In this document: piece after piece, positions 52,041-61,619 of the stretch | How the letters are laid out: every line of letters begins with the position of its first letter | Position numbering within the stretch: position 1 is the stretch's first letter | Origin: Heteronotia binoei | Taxonomy: Eukaryota | Assembly: GCF_032191835.1 (NCBI RefSeq) | Contig: NC_083242.1 | Coordinates: 38,316,001 to 38,380,000, forward strand | Reading direction: 5' to 3' | Length of the DNA stretch: 64,000 bases | Position numbers and translations under genes: made by a program | The notes under the pieces: generated by a model | The model's input: only the letters and a program-made list of their open reading frames with translations | What the model was told of the DNA's origin: nothing | Databases searched by the model: none

Positions 52041-52830
52041 AATTTAAATAAATGGGGAAGATATGGGGGGGAGATAAAATTGCATCCCCCAGAGGGACAA
52101 CCAGCCAGCCCACTCCCACTAGGAAGGGACCACTCTGGGAAGGGGTGGGGTGCCTTTTCCTCCAGCTCGCTTAGCAACACTATCCTGGGGTTCCCAACCT
52201 CCAGGGAGACCTCCTGGAATCATGGTGGGCTTTCCCAGGAGCCGGAGATCAGCGGCCCTGGAGGAGAAAACTTTGGAGGGTGGGGCCTAAGGGGGCATCA
52301 CCTCCATGCCCCCCAGACTTCCAGGAGCTGGCAACCCCACCCTAACCAGGCCTGTAAAAAGGAGGGGGGGGGGGGGACACCAGACTGCTTCGTGGAAATC
52401 TTTAAAGGAAGTTAAGCTTTGGGACTGCAGAAGCTCCCTGACTCCCGGGCAGGCCTGTCACACTCCAGAATAAAATGAAAGAAAAGCAGGAGAGAGGCCA
52501 CAATTCTCAAAGTTCAAATGATGGACTGTTCCTAACCAGCCCTTGACTTGGTCTGACTCACCCCTCCAAGCAGCTCTGCAGCCTAGGCTTGAATAGGCAG
52601 CCCTCCCTTGTAGACCTTCTTCCCAGGCACCACCCCCTCCTCCTCCATTGGCCCCAGTTTTCCCTCCAAAGCCCCTGCCAGCCAATCACAGGCAATGGAG
52701 GCCCAGGAGTCACTCTCTGGCAGGCTTCCCTAGAGTCACTAGGCCGCCTCCTCCCTATGCAGCCCCAAAGGACATCAAATGGAGAAACACATTCGGTGCC
52801 ATTTAAGCGTAGGTAGAATGCCAGCAGGTC

Positions 52831-53253
52831 GCCGCACCTCAAAAAGGATATTATAGCATTGGAGAACGTCCAGAAAAGGGCAACTAGAATGATGAAAGGG
52901 CTGGAACACTTTCCCTATGAAGAAAGGTTGAAACGCTTGGGGCTCTTTAGCTTGGAGAAACATCAACTGTGGGGCGACATGATAGAGGTTTACAAGATAA
53001 TGCATGGGATGGAGAAAGTAGAGAAAGAAGTCCTTTTCTCCCTTTCTCACAATACAAGAACTCGTGGGCATTCAATGAAATTGCTGAGCAGTCAGGTTAA
53101 AACGGATAAAAGGAGGTACTTCTTCACCCAAAGGGTGATTAACATGTGGAATTCACTGCCATGGGAGGTGGTGGGGGCTACAAGCATAGACAGCTTCAAG
53201 AGGGGGTTAGATAAAAATATGGAGCAGAGGTCCATCAGTGGCTATTAGCCACA

Positions 53254-53306
<53 letters not shown>

Positions 53307-53777
53307 TTGGCCACTGTGTGACACAGAGTGTTGGACTGGATGGGCCACTGGCCTGATCCAATGGGGCTTCTCTTATGTGACACAGAGTGTTGGACTGGAT
53401 GGGCCATTGGCCTGATCCAACAGGGCTTCTCTGATGTTCTTATGTGACACAGAGTGTTGGACTGGAGGGGCCATTGGCCTGATCCAACAGGGCTTCTCTG
53501 ATGTTCTTATGTGACACAGAGTGTTGGACTGGATGGGCCACTGGCCTGATCCAACAGGGCTTCTCTTATGTTCTTATGTGACACAGAGTGTTGGACTGGA
53601 TGGGCCACTGGCCTGATCCAACAGGGCTTCTCTTATGTTCTTATGTGACACAGAGTGTTGGAATGGAGGGGCCATTGGCCTGATCCAACAGGGCTTCTCT
53701 TCTGTTCTTATGTGACACAGAGTGTTGGACTGGATGGGCCATTGGCCTGATCCAACATGGCTTCTCTTATGTTCTTA
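52831..53777 (+). mobile_element. CR1 family B 3' fragment ending in seven tandem terminal units, with (GT)n(AT)n
   Basis: ORF 52859-53248; (GT)n(AT)n at 53253-53301; units start at 53318, 53377, 53444, 53511, 53578, 53645 and 53712. Confidence 0.92.
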
Positions 53778-54330
53778 GGAGGGTGGGGGCTTTCCAGTGT
53801 TTTGCACTGAGTGTCACATGTATGACTATCTGCCCACAGGACAGAAGTCTTGAGTGTGTGCTCGATGCAAGCAGCTCCTGGTTCGCAGGGAGCAAGTTCG
53901 TACCCTTGAGGCCAAGGTGACTGACCTGGAGAAGCAGAGACAGTCTTGGGGACGTATTAGATGAGCCCCACTCTGAACGCGGCAGCCCCATTGCTGCCAG
54001 GGAGCATGAGGGTCGAGAGGGAACAGGCACTGTGCTGAGGATAAGGGGAATGTGCCCTCAGTAGGGACCTCTTCTTCAGTTGGTGAGCGGGTATCTTTTC
54101 GCGCCAATGAACCATCCCTGGGCAGGGAGAGAGGGGGGGTCTTGGTAGCTGGTGATTCAATCCTTAGGCAATCCTTAGACAGCTGGGTGGCAAAACCGTG
54201 TACTGACTGTATGGTGACTTGCCTGCCTGGTGCGAAGGTAGCAGACATTATGCATGTAGTAGATAGGCTGAGAGACAGTGCTGGGGAGGAGCCAGTGGTC
54301 GTGGTGCATGTTGGATTCAACGCAGTCAAT
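53778..54330 (+). mobile_element. CR1 ORF1 remnant (zinc finger, leucine zipper, SGNH esterase)
   Basis: FPVFCTECHMYDYLP..*VCARCKQL..LEAKVTDLEK, then LVAGDSILR..CLPGAKVADI..VVVHVG. Confidence 0.8.
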
Positions 54331-54384
54331 TATAATCTTTTTACTTACCACTGTGTCAACGTAGGAGTCCATGGGGTGGCCCTT

Positions 54385-54860
54385 TAATGGGTTTCCTCAT
54401 TCCTCCACGGTTGGGGACAGAGGATGGCAGTGGGCGAGGATGTGCCCTCTAAGCAGCCCTTATTATGTGGGGTTTCTCAGGGGGCACTCCTCTCCCCAGT
54501 GTTATTTAACATCTATATGCACCCTCTTGCCCAGCTGGCGAGGCGTTTCAGGTTTGGGTGTCATCAATGTGCCAATGACACCCAACTGTATGTTGTTGGA
54601 TGGATGGCCAGCCACTGCCCTGCAAATTCTGGCCAAGGGATTAGAGGCTGTGGTGGGATGGCTAAAATAGAACAGGCTGGGACTGAATCCCTCAAAGATG
54701 GAGGTTCTGTGGAGGTGGTGGTGGGTTCAGGATTGGGGTGCAGGTTCTCAGCTCTTGAGGGGGACCCTTTAAACTGGTGCCATCCCTCAAGAGCTTGGGC
54801 ATTATTTGGATGCCTCTTTATCAACGGAGGCCCAAGTTACAGATGACCAGGCTAGACCCA
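54385..54860 (+). mobile_element. L2 RT fragment
   Basis: GVSQGALLSPVLFNIYMHPL..HQCANDTQLY (decayed RT motifs). Confidence 0.8.
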
Positions 54861-55329
54861 GGTTGGCAGCCATGTTCCTCTAAAGCAGAACAGATGTTGA
54901 GTCCAGTGGCACTTTTAAGCCCAACAAAAGTTTACGCATGTACATGCACACTTCTTCAGACCCCCAGAAATGGAAGCTCACATTTTATATCCATTTATTT
55001 TAATTTTTGGCCGCCCTTTCTGATGCTTCTACATAGATGAACAGCGAATTAGCATACAACTTAATGAAGCTGTTTTAACATATGCAAAGACTAAATAGCA
55101 ATAACAAGTTAAGGTTATAGGTCACAATATTACAGGGGGGAAACCAGTGGATTCGTAAATGTGTCAAAGTAGGAGACTTATGTGTAATGGTATATTTTGT
55201 AATTAAGAGTAATTGAGTGTGCTGTTACGCAGCATTCGTCTCCTCTCATGCATGGAGTTAGCTGAAGGCATCTTTTCCTTTGAGGTGGGGTGATGTCAGA
55301 GGAACATATTCCTAATTGCATTATATTAC

Positions 55330-56290
55330 ATTCACTATTCCAGTATACTACTCCAAAACAGAAATACACTAAAATACAGAGGATATTCTTGATAAGTATA
55401 CATATGTAGGGACTGAATGAGTTTAGCATATGTAATGAGATAAGAAACCAATATCCCTCTTAAGTCTTGGGTGGAGTTTTGTTCCAAGTTTTGTAATGAC
55501 TTACAGTTCAGCAATTTCTCTTTCCAGTTTGTTCCTGGAGTTCCTTTGCAATAAAACAGCCACTTTGAAGTCACCCTTTGAATGTCCTGGAAGGCTGAAG
55601 TGTTGTCTTACAGATTCTCAGTCTTGCAATTCCTAACATCAGATTTGTGTCCATTTTTCCTTTGGCACACTGTTTGTGCTGATGGGCACTGTTGGCATTT
55701 AATGGCATATACAGTGTTAGAAGATGAGCAAGTAAATGAGCCTGAGATGGTGTAGTTGATGTTGTTAGGTTCAGTGATTGTGTTGACTGGGTGTGCTTGG
55801 CAGCAAAGTTGGCATTTGTGTTTACTGCAAGCTCTGGGACCAGTGCAGTGTCCATGTTCAAATGAGATGTAGCATTATTGTGGGTTCAGAGTTGTTTGAG
55901 ATGGGGAGTGATGTGGGCAAGAAAAGGTTTGCCGCCTCTCCCCCAAGTACTTGTGAAAGAGTTGTCATTGTCCAGTAGAGGTTGTAAGGCCTTGATGATG
56001 CATTGAACTGTTTTGAATTGTAAACTGTGTGGTATTCTATTATTGTCTTTTTAGAACCTGTCTTGTACCAGGTTTTCTCTGGATGCCATCCTGGCTTTGT
56101 TAATCTGTTTCCTAACTTGCCTTGGTTTAGCTTTTGAAGTAGACAGGCATTAGGTGGGTTGGTGATAGAACTTGAGTTTTGCTTGTCTGAAATGCACTGT
56201 CATTAAAAAAAAATGTATTATCTGGACTGGATTTATTCTTAGTGCTTGGATTTATCATGCATAGCTGTTTCAAGATTAATTCCTTTGCTG
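55330..56290 (-). mobile_element. Penelope-like element remnant (GIY-YIG endonuclease region)
   Basis: Minus frame reads CSKHKCQLCCQAHPVNTITEPNNINYTISGSFTCSSSNTVYAIKCQQCPS..QRKNGHKSDV; the LYIG part is deleted. Confidence 0.82.
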
Positions 56291-56435
56291 ATTAAAAATG
56301 TTGGTTACTTTGGTAGATTGTTCTGCTTACATATTTCCTTCCTTTCAGTTTTTGTTATTGTGTTTTGATAAACCAGTGCAATTCATGCCAGATAAATGCT
56401 GAAGTCTGTATCTTCTTACTGGTTGAGTGTTAGAC

Positions 56436-56833
56436 TGTCGGAGCGGGAGTAGCAGAGTGAGGGAGATGACTTGCCCGACACAGGGCTTCAGGAAAGAAAA
56501 TCAGGCAGACACGTGCAACTAGTGCCAAAAGGTGTATTAACATATATACACGACAAGTGCTCTCTTGTGCAGTCTATACAATATCACCTCCACGGACAAA
56601 GTGCTTCGCCTAACCACCATCTCACAGGGAGAGACCTGTGTGATGCACACACAGATCATATATAGTCCAAGCAGCCAATCCTGGCCATGCTGACTCAGCA
56701 GATTGCATCACTTGGCTTCTGCCGGCTCAAGCCGGTCTGCTGATCAGGTCACTGTGACCTAGCCTGGCAGCTAGATCACCAGCTGTCATACTGTGGCTGT
56801 CAGACTGGGTTTATGTAGATTCTTGCTCCAACA
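56436..56833 (-). repeat. Copia 3' LTR (398 bp, TG...CA)
   Basis: tgtcggagc...ctccaaca; identical by eye to 59757-60153. Confidence 0.95.
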
Positions 56834-56843
56834 CACCTCCTAA
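56834..56843 (-). promoter_or_regulatory. Polypurine tract
   Basis: Minus strand ...attAGGAGGTG|TGTTGG immediately before the 3' LTR. Confidence 0.7.
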
Positions 56844-56918
56844 TCTATTTAAACCCAGTGCACCAAAACACTTTATACAGTTTACATACATGTCCACCAG
56901 CAACATTACAGTTCATAT

Positions 56919-59579
56919 TTACGTAGCTCGGAACCCTTTCCGGAATTCGTTCAGGAACTCATCATGATTGTAAAACACATCATCGTGTTCCTGTTCAGCC
57001 AGCTCTTTCAGACGCTTGGCTTCAGCCTCCTTCTCCCTAGCCTCGCACTCTGCCACCCAGGCTTTCCATTTCTTAGCCTTTTCTTTTAACATTTCCTCAA
57101 ATCCGGGTGGGTCTGGATTGACAGTCAGAGTGACATAGGGACACTTGTACCTAGCGGGACGTTGGCCTTTGGTGGACCTGGCAGACACCCGTGGCCCTGT
57201 GCTTGGACCAGCTTTGTCTTCTTCGGGTTGCTCTGTTCCCACCTCCTGGGCTGGTTGCTCTGCCCCTGTAATTGGGTGTTGAACCTCCTGACTCTCACAC
57301 TTTACCTCCAGTTCCTGCATTTGAGGCTCTGCCTCCTGACTCTGCTCGTCAGGCTCTGTGCCAGCATTCGGCTCACCTTCTCCAGCCCCACTGGGTGCCA
57401 CCTCCTGGGCTGGAGTTCTGGGCTGCGCTCCAACATCGTTATCGCTACTTGGCAGCAGGACAAATTGTTTCTGCAAGGAGTGCAACCTTGGCCAGCTGCT
57501 TTCTTCATTGAACTGGGCACTCTTGCTAAGTGTTATCTTGCTTTTGCTATTGCAGAAACGATAACACCTGGCCCTTGGCTTGTAGCCCAGAAAAATTAGG
57601 CTCTCTGCCCGGACATCCCCCTCCCCGCTACTCGTGGAGTGGATGCCAACCCGAGCCCGTGACCCAAAGACTTTTAAAGAACTCAAATCTGGGGTCTTGT
57701 TCAACAGTAACCTGTAAGGCACATTTTTCACAGTATTACACCAAACCCTATTTTGCAAAAAAACAGCTGCATGTATGGTTTCTGCCCAATAGGTCATTGG
57801 CAGTTGTGCATCCTCTAACATGCAATACATCACATTCTGCAATACAGCCCCATGCCCATTTTCTCGGGGCGTTGCCGGGTTCGTCAGACGGTGGGCGATG
57901 CCCTTGTTCTCCAGCCAACGTTTCATCTGGTTAGATAAGAATTCCCCCCCTCTGTCGGTTTGTACAGCTAGGAGATTAACCCCTAATTGTCTCTCCACTG
58001 CTTTGACCCACTTGGTGAATGTCCTATACACCTCAGACTTATGCACCATGGTGAAAACCCACGCGTACCTCGTGTGGTCGTCGGTGGCCACCAAGCAGTA
58101 TCTCCTCCCCGACAGACTCTTTGGCAATGGGCCAATAACGTCTAAATGGACTAGTTCCAGGGCTCGTGTGCTTTCCCTTGAGCTTTCTTTAGCAACAGCA
58201 CACGCCTTGCTTTTGGCCTTCTTGCAGACCTGGCAATCCAAGTAACATTTGCAAGGATTTACTTTCAAACTAGGCACAAGCTCCAGGGTTTTCTTTAACG
58301 CCCTAAATCCGCAGTGCCCGAGTCTCCTATGGAGCAAATGTATACAATTATTGTGCACAGGCTCATTCGACACCTGAGCCACCTGGGCACAATCACTCTG
58401 GACCACATACAGTTTACCTTCCCTCTTTCCTGTCACAAGCAACTTTCCCCCACCTCCCAGGATTTTGCAGCAGGTTTTCTCAAATCTCACCTGGTATCCC
58501 TGGTCAAACAGTGTGCTAACACTCAACAGGTTAGACTGCAGTGAGGGTACATACAACACATTTTGCAACATACATTTCAGTGCAGGAAATTCCACATTGC
58601 CTGAGCAAACAGAATTGGCAGTGGTCCCATCAGCCAATCTCACATACTTATGCTCAGGACTGTCAATGTTTTTCAACAACTCCTTCTCGCAGCAGAGATG
58701 GCTCGTTGCCCCGGAGTCTAAAATCCAAGCAGACCCTGTGCTCTCTACTGCAGACGTGACCAGCCGGGTTGCTTCCTCACACGGGCTGGCGGTCCTCCGC
58801 TCTCGCCGCACACGCCCCCGCCTCTTCTCCCTCTCAGGGCAAGCTCGGAGCAGGTGCTGCGACGACCCGCATCCATAGCAGCGACGGACTGCAAACGCAG
58901 TCGGCTCCACTTCCTCCACCTTCGGACGCCTGCCAGCAGCAAAAGCTGGCTCATTCTTGGCTGTCTTCCCGGACACACCGATAACAGCACGCTGCCTGGC
59001 CGACACCCCCGGACAGCTCACGGCCGCAATTCTCTCTTGGAAGTCAAGCAGGTGGGCACAGACGTATTCCATGGTCAGGGTCGCTACGTCCACCGTCTCC
59101 AGAGAAGTTATCAGGGGAGTGTACTCAGGTGGCAACGACGACAGCAAAATGTACACTCTGTCGTCTGGAGCTACAGTCTTGCCTCTTGCCTCCAGCTCAA
59201 CGAAACAGTCCGTTAGCCGTTTGATGTGATCTTTCACACACCCTCCAGCCGGCATAACGGTGCGGAACATCCTCCTTGTCAAGGCCATGAGGGAACCAGC
59301 AGTGGTGCTAACATGCACCGCACTCAACGCGTCCCAGGCAGCCTTGGGAGTGTCCTTCCCTCGCACATAAACCAGCTGGTCATCTCCTATAGATAGCACT
59401 ATGTTGGCCAGTGCCTTATCCGATAACACAGTCTCGGCAGGAGATAAGTCAGCAGGGGGGTTACTCACGAACAGCCATTGCCCTTCACGCTTGAGGTAGT
59501 GTTGCATTCTCAGGCTCCACACCGCGTAGTTGGCTGAGGTGAGCTTCTCAACGGCTACTCCAAGCTGTTGCTGAGCCAT
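56919..59579 (-). CDS. Copia Gag-protease-integrase polyprotein, 886 aa, no RT/RNase H
   Basis: Gag N-terminus KLTSANYAVWSLRM, zinc knuckle CYGCGSSQHLLRAC, protease WILDSGATSHLC, HHCC (HRRLGH..CQVC), integrase core LVHLDVIGP and TDRGGEF; ends in a charged tail and a stop 85 nt before the 3' LTR. Confidence 0.93.
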   Translation of the reverse strand: MAQQQLGVAVEKLTSANYAVWSLRMQHYLKREGQWLFVSNPPADLSPAETVLSDKALANIVLSIGDDQLVYVRGKDTPKAAWDALSAVHVSTTAGSLMALTRRMFRTVMPAGGCVKDHIKRLTDCFVELEARGKTVAPDDRVYILLSSLPPEYTPLITSLETVDVATLTMEYVCAHLLDFQERIAAVSCPGVSARQRAVIGVSGKTAKNEPAFAAGRRPKVEEVEPTAFAVRRCYGCGSSQHLLRACPEREKRRGRVRRERRTASPCEEATRLVTSAVESTGSAWILDSGATSHLCCEKELLKNIDSPEHKYVRLADGTTANSVCSGNVEFPALKCMLQNVLYVPSLQSNLLSVSTLFDQGYQVRFEKTCCKILGGGGKLLVTGKREGKLYVVQSDCAQVAQVSNEPVHNNCIHLLHRRLGHCGFRALKKTLELVPSLKVNPCKCYLDCQVCKKAKSKACAVAKESSRESTRALELVHLDVIGPLPKSLSGRRYCLVATDDHTRYAWVFTMVHKSEVYRTFTKWVKAVERQLGVNLLAVQTDRGGEFLSNQMKRWLENKGIAHRLTNPATPRENGHGAVLQNVMYCMLEDAQLPMTYWAETIHAAVFLQNRVWCNTVKNVPYRLLLNKTPDLSSLKVFGSRARVGIHSTSSGEGDVRAESLIFLGYKPRARCYRFCNSKSKITLSKSAQFNEESSWPRLHSLQKQFVLLPSSDNDVGAQPRTPAQEVAPSGAGEGEPNAGTEPDEQSQEAEPQMQELEVKCESQEVQHPITGAEQPAQEVGTEQPEEDKAGPSTGPRVSARSTKGQRPARYKCPYVTLTVNPDPPGFEEMLKEKAKKWKAWVAECEAREKEAEAKRLKELAEQEHDDVFYNHDEFLNEFRKGFRAT

Positions 59580-59741
59580 CGTGCCGACTCCTCCTCACAG
59601 CTGGCTGCCGACGTCCCTCTGGCTCTCAAACAGAGAACGGTGGTGCTTCTGTGTCCTTCGCCGGCGTTCCTCGCCTCCGGCTCTTTCCAAACTCACAGTC
59701 AGCTCAACTCTCAACTCTCTCCTCCGCGCAGCGGAACCGCC

Positions 59742-59756
59742 CTGGGCCCATAACCC
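59742..59756 (-). promoter_or_regulatory. Primer-binding site complementary to the anticodon arm of tRNA-iMet
   Basis: Plus strand CTGGGCCCATAACCC equals nt 26-40 of the recalled vertebrate tRNA-iMet and directly abuts the 5' LTR; this is the Drosophila copia-type half-tRNA primer. Confidence 0.9.
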
Positions 59757-60153
59757 TGTCGGAGCGGGAGTAGCAGAGTGAGGGAGATGACTTGCCCGAC
59801 ACAGGGCTTCAGGAAAGAAAATCAGGCAGACACGTGCAACTAGTGCCAAAAGGTGTATTAACATATATACACGACAAGTGCTCTCTTGTGCAGTCTATAC
59901 AATATCACCTCCACGGACAAAGTGCTTCGCCTAACCACCATCTCACAGGGAGAGACCTGTGTGATGCACACACAGATCATATATAGTCCAAGCAGCCAAT
60001 CCTGGCCATGCTGACTCAGCAGATTGCATCACTTGGCTTCTGCCGGCTCAAGCCGGTCTGCTGATCAGGTCACTGTGACCTAGCCTGGCAGCTAGATCAC
60101 CAGCTGTCATACTGTGGCTGTCAGACTGGGTTTATGTAGATTCTTGCTCCAAC
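59757..60153 (-). repeat. Copia 5' LTR (outermost base missing)
   Basis: Offset 3321 from the left LTR; matches through ...ctccaac, then runs into duplicated flank sequence. Confidence 0.95.
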
Positions 60154-61619
60154 TTTGGTAGATTGTTCTGCTTACATATTTCCTTCCTTTCAGTTTTTGT
60201 TATTGTGTTTTGATAAACCAGTGCAATTCATGCCAGATAAATGCTGAAGTCTGTATCTTCTTACTGGTTGAGTGTTAGACTTCTGGATGATAAATAAGAA
60301 TGCCAGTCTCCAGGTGGTAGCTGGAGGTCTCCTGCTATTACAAGTGATCTCCAGATGGCAGAGGTCCACCTGGAGAAAATGCCCACTCTGGAAGTTGCTC
60401 TCAGGGCATGATATGATAATGACAACCATTTTTCCCACTATGTCTTCTTGTAATAAAATATTTATCATTTATCTCCATCTTCCTGCCTCTGTTTTGTTGG
60501 CAGGTTATTCCTAATAGACTGTAATCTGCAAAGGTTTTTTGTTGCATCTTTGCAGTCTCTAACATTAGTATCTAAGGCTTTTGATCACTAGCCCATATCT
60601 GTCCTTGCATATGTTTGGTGTCTGTTGGAAAAGAAAGTATAGTCTCTAGTATTTGGATTTTTGATCTTCCAATTGTAATATTTTTGGGAAATTTGCCTTT
60701 GTTTTCTCTCACCTATCTTTTTTTTTTGTTCAATTATCTTTGAAGATCATTATAACTCCTTCTTGAAAATTAAAAATGGATTGGAAAACATTTTCATAAA
60801 ATTTCCCTCTTGCATTGTTTGGGGCTTGTGTTGTTGCTAGTGTGTAAATCTAACCTTTCTGGAAGCCTGATTTTCAAAATCATGTATCTTCCTTCAGAGC
60901 CTCTTAATTCTTCTGTGATACTGATTTGTAAATTATGTCTATCAACCGTGACTCCTTTTTTTCATTATAAATTCTTAACAAAGAGAGCAGAGGAAGGAAG
61001 CCCCGAAGAATCATGGAGGTCGCAGGAAGGGTGGGCAGGCCTGTGCTTCAGCACAGAGTCCTTCAAGAGAGTTTGTCAATGCTGCCTGGCACTGATGTTC
61101 CCTCTAAGCAGAGTTGGTGTGAGCTAGCTCACAGCTTTTTGGAGCCTTTTGTCTTAGCTCAGGAAAAATGGCCCCAGAGCAAGCTAATGCCTGCAGTTGC
61201 AGCAACTCACAACTTTAATGCCAGGAGCTCACAAAGTTGGATTTTTGCTCACAAGGCTCCATGGCTCAGAGGGAGGCAAATGTGGGGGGGCTTGAGCCCT
61301 TCAGTCAGCCCCCCCCCCCAGCTGAGACCTTTGCTGGTCGTGGGGTGGGGGCAGAGGGCGCTGGAAGGGAAGGGAAGGTTGGCGGCTGCAGGAAGGCGGC
61401 GAGTGGAGGAGCAGCTCCTGCCCAGGCTGGGGAGCCCAACCTTGCCTCCAGGGCGCGGCCACCGGCTGCTGCTGCTGCTGCTGCTCTGGCTCCTCCTCCA
61501 GGGCGCCCCGCCCCCTCCCTCCCTCCCGCCGCGGGGCGGGGCTTGCCTGGCGGGGCGGGGCTCCCTCCCTCCCTCTCTGTCTTGGGCGGGCGAGCCCGGA
61601 GAGCCGAGCCGAGCCGAGC

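Larger units (their letters stand above)
56436..60153 (-). mobile_element. Young Ty1/Copia LTR retrotransposon lacking RT/RNase H
   Basis: Two LTRs, a half-tRNA-iMet PBS, a PPT and a single Gag-PR-IN ORF; the internal region is only 2923 bp. Confidence 0.95.

Noticed and set aside
56919-59579. Domesticated Gag/integrase host gene
   Set aside because: Identical LTRs with intact PBS and PPT indicate a recent transposon insertion, not an ancient exapted gene; only conserved orthologous insertions would change this.
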